In this document: one piece after another, positions 30,550 through 39,890 of the stretch
How the letters are laid out: every line of letters begins with the position of its first letter
Numbering within the stretch: the stretch's first letter is position 1
Source of the DNA: an uncultured Acidobacteriota bacterium
GTDB lineage: Bacteria > Acidobacteriota > JAQAZP01
NCBI GenBank assembly: GCA_963836075.1
Contig: CAWIIB010000009.1
Span: forward strand, 2,624,001-2,688,000
Length of the DNA: 64,000 bases
Direction: 5' to 3'
Translations under genes and position numbers: made by a program
The notes under the pieces: generated by a model
Seen by the model: only the letters and a program-made list of their open reading frames with translations
Database searches by the model: none
Told to the model about the DNA's origin: nothing

Positions 30550-33131
30550 ACAGGAAAATAAAGAGAATTGGTCTGGTCTTGGTGTGCATATCCGTATCCG
30601 CTATTCTTGCCGGCATCACCGGCCGGTGGATTTTGGCCCAGACCATTTACGACATGAGCGAGATCAATGGAGATCTCAGGATTCTTGGCAGAAGAAATCA
30701 AAGTTACACTTCGCGGATGACTTTCCTTGATCTCAACGATACCGGCACAGGAGACCTGTTTATTAATGATCTGAATATTAGTTCCGTACACGGGTTTGTA
30801 GATGATGATCTGACAATGGAACTGAATAAGACTATAGACCTTCTTGATAAGACCTATAATTTCGAGATCCTGGGGCCGGATAATATATACTCCGGGTTAA
30901 GTTCACTAGTATCTGGAGATTGGAACAATGATGGAATTAGTGATTTGGCTATTGGCGATCCCTCGGCCTTTGACCAAGGTGTGATTGAGACGGGCCAAGT
31001 ATATGTAATTTTCGGCCGCCCTACTTGGCAACCCGGAATGGTCATCGACTTGGAACAACAACTGGCCGATATCACCATCCATCACAACCAGCCGTTCGCT
31101 TCCGTGCAATTTGGGATTTGTTTGGCATCGGGGGACGTCAATGGTGACGGCATCGATGACCTGGCTATCGGGGCGCCTTATTGCGGTCATCCGGAAGGGT
31201 TCGGTTCCGGTGCGGTCTTCGTGCTCTATGGGTCGAAAACCTTCAATACCCCGATGCTCGTGGACCTGTCCCAGGAACCCCTTGACCTGGCTGTTTTCGG
31301 CGAGAGGGCCGGCGACAAGTTCGGAAGCGATGTTGCGTTGGGCGATATTGATGGAGATGGCGCTGATGACTTGGTGGTCGGGGCCTGGGAGGCGGACTAC
31401 TCGGAGCAAAAACGTGGCTGGGCTTACGTAGTCCATGGGTCGGACCAGTTTCCGCCCGATCACGAAATCCTGCTTAACCACGACACCGCGGGAATAACAA
31501 TCAAGGGGCCGGAGCCCTTCTCACAATTTGGTTCTCATCTCGATGTCGGCTACTTTAACGGGGATGCATACGCAGACTTCTGTGTAACAGCGTATGCCGA
31601 TGACACCTTGGTCGAGAAGGCCGGTTCCGCTCACCTTTTTTATGGTGGCTCTGATTATCCGGCAGAGACGGTGATAGACCTGGCGAAGGAGCAGGCGGAC
31701 GTCACGATTTATGGGGATATGAGCCTGGCCTGGCTCGGAATATCATGTGCGTTCGGTGATTGTGACGCTGACTCGAAGGATGATCTTCTTCTTGGGGCCT
31801 ACGACAGTTCGGAAAATCTTGAGGAGGGAGCCGGGGCCTTCTACCTCTTCCCGGGGCGATCGGATTACGCGCCGAACCAGGTGATCATGCTGAATGAGGT
31901 GGATCCCGAGGTTAAAGTCCTGGGAGACGACGAGGGAGACGGGGGCACGACCATGAGTGCCCCGCTCCTCGACATCAATGAGGACGGTTACGACGACATC
32001 TGCATCGGCCTGGGGCATGCCGACCGGGAGGGGGGCAGCAATTGCGGCGAGATTCATGTGTTTCTCAGCCGGCCGCCACTCGATGCCGTGCCCCGGCTGG
32101 TGGCCGGGCCGGGGCCGTTGGCTTCGAACCCCTCCGAGGTTCGAGTGTGGGACGCATTTCGTCATGAGGGGTATCTTGAATCCTTCCGGCCCTGGCTGGT
32201 GAACGCCTACGGCACGGTGGTGGCCAGCGGTGACCTGGATGGCGACGGGTATGGAGAGATCGTGGTAGGGCCGGGCCCGGGAGCGCACCATCCGCCGCTG
32301 GTGGTGATCACCGATGGGGAAGGACAGAGGTTGGATAATTTCCTGGCCTATGGGGTGCGGCGTTATGGGTGCAATGTGGCCTGCGGCGACCTGGACGGGG
32401 ACGGGCGGGACGAGATTCTCACCGGGCCTGGGCCCGGGAAGGTTTTTGGTCCGCATGTCCGGGGGTGGGGGTGGAGCGGGGCGGGGGTGAGTCCTCTGCC
32501 CGGGTTGAGTTACATGGCGTACGGGACGCTGCGGTTCGGCGTGAATGTCACCTGTGGCGACATCGATGGCGACGACGCGGATGAGATCATCACCGGTGCG
32601 GGGCCGGGGGAAGTGTTCGGCCCGCATGTTCGGGGCTGGAACTGGAACGGTTCAACGGTCATGCCCATCGCCGGGGTGAGCTTTCTGGCATACGGGACCA
32701 ACCGGTTCGGGGTGAATGTCAGTTGCGGTGATATCGACGGCGACCTGATTGCCGAGATCGTCACCGGGCCCGGCCCGGGGGAGATGTTCGGTTCCCATGT
32801 GCGGGGCTGGAACTATGATGGGCAGTCGCTTGCGGTGATGCATGATGTGAATTTCATCGCCTATCCTGAGTTAACGAATGGCTTCGGTTGCGTGGTGGCC
32901 TGCGAGGACGTTGACAACGACCGGGTCTGCGAGATACTGACCCTCCCGGGTACGCATCCTGATTATCCCGCCAGCCTGAAGACCTGGAACCATGACGGGA
33001 ATACGCTCGAACTGGTTGAGCGGCGGAATTTCCTGCTCTTCGAAGAGGGTGCCTACGGCGCCGGCGGCCATGTGGCCCTGGGGCGGCTGTGGGATGAGCC
33101 GGGATATCTTGATCCCCCCGGATCTTACTGA
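30546..33131 (+). CDS. Secreted FG-GAP / integrin-alpha-like repeat protein
   Basis: N-terminal signal/TM; many GD(V/I/L)(N/D)GDG.DDL.IGA repeats; C-terminal GD.DGD..EI.TG.GPG..FG.HVRGW repeats. Confidence 0.9.
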   Translation: MNRKIKRIGLVLVCISVSAILAGITGRWILAQTIYDMSEINGDLRILGRRNQSYTSRMTFLDLNDTGTGDLFINDLNISSVHGFVDDDLTMELNKTIDLLDKTYNFEILGPDNIYSGLSSLVSGDWNNDGISDLAIGDPSAFDQGVIETGQVYVIFGRPTWQPGMVIDLEQQLADITIHHNQPFASVQFGICLASGDVNGDGIDDLAIGAPYCGHPEGFGSGAVFVLYGSKTFNTPMLVDLSQEPLDLAVFGERAGDKFGSDVALGDIDGDGADDLVVGAWEADYSEQKRGWAYVVHGSDQFPPDHEILLNHDTAGITIKGPEPFSQFGSHLDVGYFNGDAYADFCVTAYADDTLVEKAGSAHLFYGGSDYPAETVIDLAKEQADVTIYGDMSLAWLGISCAFGDCDADSKDDLLLGAYDSSENLEEGAGAFYLFPGRSDYAPNQVIMLNEVDPEVKVLGDDEGDGGTTMSAPLLDINEDGYDDICIGLGHADREGGSNCGEIHVFLSRPPLDAVPRLVAGPGPLASNPSEVRVWDAFRHEGYLESFRPWLVNAYGTVVASGDLDGDGYGEIVVGPGPGAHHPPLVVITDGEGQRLDNFLAYGVRRYGCNVACGDLDGDGRDEILTGPGPGKVFGPHVRGWGWSGAGVSPLPGLSYMAYGTLRFGVNVTCGDIDGDDADEIITGAGPGEVFGPHVRGWNWNGSTVMPIAGVSFLAYGTNRFGVNVSCGDIDGDLIAEIVTGPGPGEMFGSHVRGWNYDGQSLAVMHDVNFIAYPELTNGFGCVVACEDVDNDRVCEILTLPGTHPDYPASLKTWNHDGNTLELVERRNFLLFEEGAYGAGGHVALGRLWDEPGYLDPPGSY

Positions 33132-33186
33132 TGTCACAAGGTATTGTGCCCTGACCGGGGGCAGGCGTGCTCTCCTCGACGGGCAT

Positions 33187-34896
33187 TCATGCGATCTCTT
33201 TCCATGCCGCTCGCAGCCGCCGGTGACGTTTCAGAGATGCCGCAAAACTGCGTTCACGGGGGCCGCCCTTGGCCCGCATCAGCCGGACCAGTTTCACCTT
33301 GTCCGCGGCCGGCCAGCGAGCGAGGTCGGGGATCGGCCCCACGAGCAGGCAGAAGCTGTTGAAGGCCTCGACTTCGCCGGCACGCCAGCGGGTCTGATCG
33401 ATCGGCCCCAGCAACTGGTGGGCCCGGTGGATGGACCAGCGGCGAGCGCGTTCACGGTCACCGTGGAACCGTTTGCCGATCCAGCGGGTGATCCCGAGGC
33501 TCAGCTCAGCCGGTTCGAAGAGACGATCACGATCCACCGGCCGGAGCTGGAGTTCGAGCGGGTATTGCACGAGGCGCCGCAGTACCCGCGGTGACGTGCG
33601 ATAATGGCGGTCGGCCTCCATCCGGCGCCACTCCCGGCCGGCGGCCTGGCGAAGAGCCGGGTTCTGCGAACGGAACCCGAAACGGTAATAGAACCACAAA
33701 GCCCCGGTCTCGATCGCTTCGGGGTTGCCGGCGCCGATCTGATACGGGTCCACGGTGAAGCGCTCCAGGGCGAAGCGGTGACGGTAGAGCCGCAGCAGCT
33801 GCCCGAAGGTGTTCATACTCTCTCCGCCGCGGAAGGTCTCGAAGATGTTGAGGCCGATTTCACAGCGCCCGCAGAAGACCCACCCGCCCCCGTAAGCGAT
33901 GGGCACGCGGTTTTTCATCAGAATGTAGCCGTAGTAGGTTTCGATCGGCATGCGGTGACCGGGGAGGAGCCCGAACAGCGCGACGTCCACTCCGGCCCCC
34001 ATGTCGAACACCGAAACATCATCCACCGTGGCGCAGGTGACCGGGTCGATTTCGCGGTGCCGCACCGCCAGCACCGAACGAGCGAAATCGATGACCTTTT
34101 CGGCCTGCCGCCGGGGGCAGCGCCCGCCCTTGCCCAGGGGCTCGTCCAGCAGACGGGACACATCGAGTTCACGGGCCAGCGGTTCCCGCTGGTAGCTCGT
34201 CACCCGCCGCGGCAGTCGTGCCAACGTCCGTGAGGCACCAGCGCGGCGCAGCACCCAGCGGATCCGCAGTTCGAACAGATCGAACACCTTGTCGCGAAAC
34301 CGGGGGTCGAGATCGATCCAGGAAAAACGGCGCAGCACCCACAACAGATCTGATTCCCGCTTCGCTCCCTGCCGGCCGCGGGCCATGGCCAACCACTCCC
34401 GGGTGCTCAGGGTCACATCGTCCAGACCGTTGTTCTCCACCGGCTCCACCAGCGAACCGAGCATGGCGTCGAGCCCCTCACCGGCCGACTCTCCATCCCA
34501 GGCGATTTCGGTATCACGGGGGTAGTGCCCGGCCAGCCACGTGGCCAGCTGCACCGAGTACTGGCAATGGGTGACGGTTCCGGCAATCCCCGAGTCGGCC
34601 AGTATGTGCATGTCGGAAGGCTCTTCGCGGGCGGTCATTTCCCTGGCCGCCGCATCCACCCGCTTGAGCTCACCCACCGCCAGATCCAGCATCGGCCGGT
34701 CATCGGGGAAGGCGCAGACAAAGAGCAGGAGTTCGTGATAGTCAAAAAGAGCCGCGGCATCATCGATGGGACAGCGGGAGGCCGCACGCAACAGGCGGCG
34801 GCGCTGAACCCGGGGCCGGCTGCCGTATGCCGTCCTGATCCGGGCCAGGCCGGTGACGATTCCGGCCAGTCCGTCTGTTTCAGCCGATCGATCCAT
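33187..34896 (-). CDS. Hypothetical protein, possible GNAT-like C-terminal fold
   Basis: 569-aa ORF following the SDR gene; NIFETFRGG and A.WFYYRFGF motifs. Confidence 0.7.
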   Translation of the reverse strand: MDRSAETDGLAGIVTGLARIRTAYGSRPRVQRRRLLRAASRCPIDDAAALFDYHELLLFVCAFPDDRPMLDLAVGELKRVDAAAREMTAREEPSDMHILADSGIAGTVTHCQYSVQLATWLAGHYPRDTEIAWDGESAGEGLDAMLGSLVEPVENNGLDDVTLSTREWLAMARGRQGAKRESDLLWVLRRFSWIDLDPRFRDKVFDLFELRIRWVLRRAGASRTLARLPRRVTSYQREPLARELDVSRLLDEPLGKGGRCPRRQAEKVIDFARSVLAVRHREIDPVTCATVDDVSVFDMGAGVDVALFGLLPGHRMPIETYYGYILMKNRVPIAYGGGWVFCGRCEIGLNIFETFRGGESMNTFGQLLRLYRHRFALERFTVDPYQIGAGNPEAIETGALWFYYRFGFRSQNPALRQAAGREWRRMEADRHYRTSPRVLRRLVQYPLELQLRPVDRDRLFEPAELSLGITRWIGKRFHGDRERARRWSIHRAHQLLGPIDQTRWRAGEVEAFNSFCLLVGPIPDLARWPAADKVKLVRLMRAKGGPRERSFAASLKRHRRLRAAWKEIA

Positions 34897-34943
34897 CTTC
34901 GTTCGTCACCTCAATCACCGGGATATCAACCTCAGCCATCCGG

Positions 34944-35645
34944 TCAGAACGGGTTGGTGGCGAAGACCGAGAACTCCGGAATGAAGCCGCGGTTGTCCAG
35001 CTTGAGGGCGCCGACGATGGCGTCGGCGATCTCCCGGGAACGGAGCTTCTTCTCCGAATGCTCCCGCTGGTAGCCGGCCTTGGCCGCAAAGTCGGTCAAC
35101 ACCTCGCTGGGGTTGACCAGCGTGACCCGCACGTTGTGCGGCCGCAGCTCATCGCGCCAGCAGTCGGTCATGCCCCGCAGCGCGAACTTGGACGAGCTGT
35201 AGGCGGTGCTCCCTTTCCCGCCCTTGAGCCCCGAGGTGGAGGAGATGTTGATCAGTTCTCCGCTCTCCTGCTTGACGAACTGCCGCGCGGCCTCCCGGGC
35301 CATCAGGAACGCACCGAAGACGTTGGTGCGGTACACGCCCTCCATGTCGCCGAGGTCCATTTCCACCAGCGGTTTGAACACGCCGTAGCCGGCGTTGTTG
35401 ACCAGGATGTCCAGGCGGCCGTGTTTCTCGATCACGGACGCCACGGTTTCAACCGCGTGAGCCTCGTTTCCCACGTCTCCGGCCATGGCGTCCAGGCCCA
35501 CCGCGTCAGCGGCGGCACGCAGCTTCTCCTCGTCCCGGCCGGTGATGGTCACCAGTGCGCCCTCGTTCTTCAGTGCTTCGGCGATGGCCCTGCCGATGCC
35601 TTCGCTGCCTCCGGTGACCAGTGCCACCGTGCCGTTGATATCCAT
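34944..35645 (-). CDS. Short-chain dehydrogenase/reductase
   Basis: TGGSEGIG, LVNNAG, NISS, YSSSK. Confidence 0.95.
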   Translation of the reverse strand: MDINGTVALVTGGSEGIGRAIAEALKNEGALVTITGRDEEKLRAAADAVGLDAMAGDVGNEAHAVETVASVIEKHGRLDILVNNAGYGVFKPLVEMDLGDMEGVYRTNVFGAFLMAREAARQFVKQESGELINISSTSGLKGGKGSTAYSSSKFALRGMTDCWRDELRPHNVRVTLVNPSEVLTDFAAKAGYQREHSEKKLRSREIADAIVGALKLDNRGFIPEFSVFATNPF

Positions 35646-35925
35646 GGGTCCCTCCACTACCGGTGTTCAACCGCAGCCCTCCAGACAGTGCGGGGCAGCG
35701 GTGCGTTCAATACTCATCGTTCCATCATTTCACTGTATCATATGGAACTCCCCGGCCCCTCGGCGCTGCTCGAAAACTGCCGGTCCCGAAGGTCCGGGAT
35801 GATACACTGGGGGCCGCTGCCGCGGGGGGGTGCCGCTTTGTTGCGCCGTCACGGGCGGTGTGCTACCATTTTGCCTCGTTTTACCTGTCAGAGCGTGATA
35901 TTCCAATCTCAGGGAACATGAGCAC

Positions 35926-36717
35926 ATGAATGGCGGCGGGCTGGAATACTGGAAGGACTTCGAAGGCGAGATCGAGCCCGGCTCCGAGGAGGAGCAGTTG
36001 CTCGGCACTATCGACGCCGACCGTCTGCCCGCGCACATCGCCATCATCATGGACGGCAACGGCCGCTGGGCCCGCAGCCGCAAGCTGCTCCGGGTCCAGG
36101 GACACCGCGCCGGCATCGATTCGGTGCGCGACACCGTGGAGACGGCCACCCGGCTGAAACTGCAATCCCTGACCCTCTACGCCTTCTCCATGGAGAACTG
36201 GAAACGCCCGGTGGACGAGGTGAGCACGCTGATGAAGCTGCTCCGCAAGTATCTCAAGATCGAACTGAAGACCCTGCTGGACAACAATATCCGGTTCCGC
36301 GTGCTGGGACGGATGGAAGGGTTGGAAGGTGTGATCCAGGAGGAACTGCGCGATGCCGAAGAGCGCACCGCCGGCAACAGCGGCCTGATGTTCAACATCG
36401 CGCTCAACTACGGCGGGCGGGCGGAGATCGTCGATGCCTGCCGCTCCCTCTGCCGGGAACTGCTGGAGACCGGGGCGTCTCTGGAGGACCTGGACGACCA
36501 GTCGTTTGCCCGCCACCTCTACACCGCCGGTCAGCCAGACCCGGACCTGCTCATCCGCACCAGCGGGGAGTTCCGGATCAGTAATTTTCTGCTGTGGCAG
36601 ATCGCCTACACCGAGATCTGGTTCACCGACACCATGTGGCCCGATTTCCGGAAGAAGCATCTGTTCCAGGCCATCATCGATTTCCAGAAACGGGACCGGA
36701 GATACGGGGGCATTTGA
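35926..36717 (+). CDS. uppS: Undecaprenyl diphosphate synthase
   Basis: HIAIIMDGNGRWA, YAFSMENWKRP, NYGGR, IRTSGEFRISNFLLWQ. Confidence 0.97.
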   Translation: MNGGGLEYWKDFEGEIEPGSEEEQLLGTIDADRLPAHIAIIMDGNGRWARSRKLLRVQGHRAGIDSVRDTVETATRLKLQSLTLYAFSMENWKRPVDEVSTLMKLLRKYLKIELKTLLDNNIRFRVLGRMEGLEGVIQEELRDAEERTAGNSGLMFNIALNYGGRAEIVDACRSLCRELLETGASLEDLDDQSFARHLYTAGQPDPDLLIRTSGEFRISNFLLWQIAYTEIWFTDTMWPDFRKKHLFQAIIDFQKRDRRYGGI

Positions 36718-36752
36718 GCCCTGCCTCATCGGTTGTCCGGCCCGGCGTGTCC

Positions 36753-37574
36753 ATGAAACGAATCCTCACAGCCATTGTCTTCCTGCCGCTGTTCTATGTC
36801 CTGAACAGCCTGCTGCCGCCGGCGGTCTTCGTCTCCTTTGCCGGGCTCTGCGCCGTGCTCGCCGGCTGGGAGCTGTCCCGCCTGGCCAAAGCCCGGGGGC
36901 TGGTGAGCCACTGGCCGCTGAACTCGGCCTGCGCGCTGCTGGTCTGCCTGGCCTTTGCCGCACCGCAGGTCGGCCCGACCGGTGTGAATATGCCGCTGGC
37001 CGCCATGGTGCTGGGCATCCTGGTGTTGACCATGACCTATCTCTTCAGCTGCCGGGAGGTGACCCGCTACCTGGGGTCGCTGGCCGTGGCCCTGCTCAGC
37101 TGTTCCTACATCGGGCTGCTCATCGGTTTCCAGGTGGCCCTGCGGCTGGCCGGGGGGGAGATCCGCGGCGACTACCTCATCTACTATCTCTACATCGTCA
37201 TCTGGATCGGCGATGCCGGCGCGCTGTACACCGGCCGCAGCCTGGGGCGGCACAAGCTGGCCCCGGCGCTCAGCCCGAACAAGACGGTGGAGGGGGCGGT
37301 GGGCAGCCTGGTGGCCTCGGTGCTGGGCTCTCTGGCTGTGCGGGCCCTGTTCATCCCCCAGCTGGGGCTCTTCGATGCCCTGGCCCTCGGTGTGCTGCTC
37401 AACATTCTCGGCCAGCTGGGCGACCTGGCCGAGTCGGGTCTGAAGCGGAGCGCCGGCGTGAAGGACAGCGCCTCCTTCATCCCCGGCCATGGCGGTATCC
37501 TGGACCGCGGCGACAGCCTGCTCTTTACCGGGCCCGCGCTCTACTACTATTACATCCTCCTCATCGTGGGCTGA
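36753..37574 (+). CDS. cdsA: Phosphatidate cytidylyltransferase
   Basis: SPNKTVEG, GDLAESGLKR..GVKDS..IPGHGGILDR. Confidence 0.95.
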   Translation: MKRILTAIVFLPLFYVLNSLLPPAVFVSFAGLCAVLAGWELSRLAKARGLVSHWPLNSACALLVCLAFAAPQVGPTGVNMPLAAMVLGILVLTMTYLFSCREVTRYLGSLAVALLSCSYIGLLIGFQVALRLAGGEIRGDYLIYYLYIVIWIGDAGALYTGRSLGRHKLAPALSPNKTVEGAVGSLVASVLGSLAVRALFIPQLGLFDALALGVLLNILGQLGDLAESGLKRSAGVKDSASFIPGHGGILDRGDSLLFTGPALYYYYILLIVG

Positions 37575-37611
37575 GGCGGCGCGCCCCGCACGGGGGCGGA
37601 GAGCGGAACCA

Positions 37612-38784
37612 ATGACCTGCCGTCTTGCCATTCTCGGCTCCACCGGTTCGGTGGGCCGGTCCACCCTCGAGGTGGTGGACCGCCACCCCGATCGTCTGGC
37701 GGTGGCCGTGCTGGCTGCCGGGCGCAATATCCCGCTGCTGCTGGAACAGGCCCGGCGCTACCGGCCGCGGCTGATCTCCCTGGAACGGGAGGAGGACCTG
37801 TCCCTGGTCCGGCCGCTGGCCGGTGAGCTGGGGGCCGATCTGCTCTGCGGCACAGCGGGTCTGACCGCGGCGGCGACCCACGGTGACGCCGACCTGGTGG
37901 TCTCGGCGGTGGTGGGTGGTGCCGGGCTGGCCCCCACGGTGGCCGCGGTGCGCCAGGGCAAGCGGGTGGCCCTGGCCAACAAGGAATCGCTGGTCATGGC
38001 CGGTGAGCTGATCGTCTCCACCGCCCGGCAGACCGGCGCCGAGATTCTCCCCCTGGACAGCGAGCACAGCGCCCTGCAGCAGTGCCTCCACGGCCGTTCC
38101 CTGGACCAGGTGGCCCGGCTGGTGCTCACCGCGTCGGGCGGCCCGTTTCGCGGCTTCACCCGTGAGCGGCTGGCCGGGGTCACCCCGGCCCAGGCCCTGG
38201 ACCACCCTACCTGGGAGATGGGACGCAAGATCAGTGTCGATTCAGCCACCCTGATCAACAAGGGGCTGGAACTGATCGAGGCCTGCCACCTGTTCCAGGT
38301 CTCCCCGTCGCGGGTGGAGGTGCTGGTCCACCCGCAGAGCGTGGTCCATGCCATGGTGGAGCTGGTGGACGGCACCACCCTGGCCCAGTTCGGGCCGGCC
38401 GACATGCGTCTGCCCATCAGGCGCGCCCTGTCCCACCCCGGGACCTGGGCCCCGCCCTTCGAGCCGCTGCTGGACCTGGCCCGACGCCGGCCGCTCTCTT
38501 TCGAGCCGATGGACCATGACACCTTTCCCTCGATCAACCTGGCCCGCCGGGCCATGGAACTGGGGGGGACGGCGCCGGCGGCGTTCAGCGCGTCGAACGA
38601 AGTGGCGGTGGATGCGTTTTTAGAGGGGAGGCTCCCGTTCACCCGCATCTGGGACCTGATCACCGGCGTCCTGGACCGGCACACGGTGCGGCCGGCGGAT
38701 TCGCTCCGGGCGGTGGAAGAGGCGGCCCGGGAAGCGCGTCAGACGGCGAAGCGTCTGATCAACAGTTCGGCGGAGCAGCGATGA
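37612..38784 (+). CDS. dxr: 1-deoxy-D-xylulose 5-phosphate reductoisomerase
   Basis: LGSTGSVG, LANKESLV, DSEHSA, TASGGPFR, HPTWEMG.KISVDSAT. Confidence 0.97.
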   Translation: MTCRLAILGSTGSVGRSTLEVVDRHPDRLAVAVLAAGRNIPLLLEQARRYRPRLISLEREEDLSLVRPLAGELGADLLCGTAGLTAAATHGDADLVVSAVVGGAGLAPTVAAVRQGKRVALANKESLVMAGELIVSTARQTGAEILPLDSEHSALQQCLHGRSLDQVARLVLTASGGPFRGFTRERLAGVTPAQALDHPTWEMGRKISVDSATLINKGLELIEACHLFQVSPSRVEVLVHPQSVVHAMVELVDGTTLAQFGPADMRLPIRRALSHPGTWAPPFEPLLDLARRRPLSFEPMDHDTFPSINLARRAMELGGTAPAAFSASNEVAVDAFLEGRLPFTRIWDLITGVLDRHTVRPADSLRAVEEAAREARQTAKRLINSSAEQR

Positions 38785-39881
38785 ACACTGATGTCATGGA
38801 ACAGGGTGCGATGAGACGGCAGAGCCGGCCGGTCTTTCTGGGCGGCCTGCAGGTGGGCGGCGGTGCGCCGGTTTCCATCCAGTCGATGACCAATACCCGT
38901 ACCGCCGACGTGAATGCCACCGCGGCCCAGATCGCCAGGCTGGAGGCCGCCGGTTGCGAGGTGGTGCGGCTGGCCGTGCCCGACATGGCGTCGGCCGCAG
39001 CGCTGGGTGAACTGAAGAAACGGGCCCGGGTGCCTCTGGTCGCCGACATCCACTTCGACCACCGGCTGGCCCTGGCCGCGGTGGACGCCGGGGTGGACGG
39101 GCTGCGGATCAATCCCGGCAACATCGGTTCCCCCCGGCGGGTGGAGGCGGTGGCCCGGGCGGCCGGGGAGCGCGGCCTGCCCATCCGCATCGGGGTCAAC
39201 GGCGGGTCCCTGCCCCGGCGGCTGCTCCGCCGGTTCGGCGGAGCGACCCCCGAGGCCCTGGTGGAGTGCGCCCTGGAGCAGGCGGCCCAGCTGGAGGGGG
39301 TGGGGTTCGGGGCGATCAAGATCTCGCTCAAGGCCAGCGACGTGGCCCGGACGGTGGAATCCTCTCGCCAGCTGGCCCGGCGCACGGACTACCCGCTGCA
39401 CCTCGGGGTCACCGAGGCCGGTGCCGGCCGTCCGGCAATGGTCCGGTCGGCCCTGGGCATCGGCATCCTGCTGGCCGAGGGAATCGGCGACACCATCCGC
39501 GTCTCGCTCACCGGGGATCCGGTGGATGAAATCGGTGTGGCCCGTGATATCCTTCAGGGACTGGGACTGCGGTCCTTCGGCCCGGAGATCGTATCCTGCC
39601 CCACCTGCGGCCGGGTCCAGGCCGAATGCGGCGAGGAGTTCGTCCGTATGTCCGCCGCCATCGCCGAGGGTGTGGCCGGTTTGAAGACGCCGCTCAAGCT
39701 GGCGGTGATGGGCTGTGAGGTCAACGGTCCCGGCGAGGCCCGGGAGGCCGACCTGGGTCTGGCGCTGGGCAGGGGAGAGGGCGTGCTGTTCCGCAACGGC
39801 AGTGTCCTGCGCCGGGTCCCCATTGAGCGGGTGGTTGAGGAATTCATTGCCGAGGCCGTACGGCTCGACACCAAGGAATGA
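38781..39881 (+). CDS. ispG: HMBPP synthase
   Basis: QSMTNT, VADIHFD, RINPGNIG, HLGVTEAG, SCPTCGR, VMGCEVNGPGE. Confidence 0.97.
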   Translation: MNTDVMEQGAMRRQSRPVFLGGLQVGGGAPVSIQSMTNTRTADVNATAAQIARLEAAGCEVVRLAVPDMASAAALGELKKRARVPLVADIHFDHRLALAAVDAGVDGLRINPGNIGSPRRVEAVARAAGERGLPIRIGVNGGSLPRRLLRRFGGATPEALVECALEQAAQLEGVGFGAIKISLKASDVARTVESSRQLARRTDYPLHLGVTEAGAGRPAMVRSALGIGILLAEGIGDTIRVSLTGDPVDEIGVARDILQGLGLRSFGPEIVSCPTCGRVQAECGEEFVRMSAAIAEGVAGLKTPLKLAVMGCEVNGPGEAREADLGLALGRGEGVLFRNGSVLRRVPIERVVEEFIAEAVRLDTKE

Positions 39882-39890
39882 AATGAGGTC

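Noticed and set aside
32200-32950. Regularly spaced DNA repeats resembling a CRISPR array
   Set aside because: In-frame degenerate FG-GAP coding repeats; no cas genes or identical repeats
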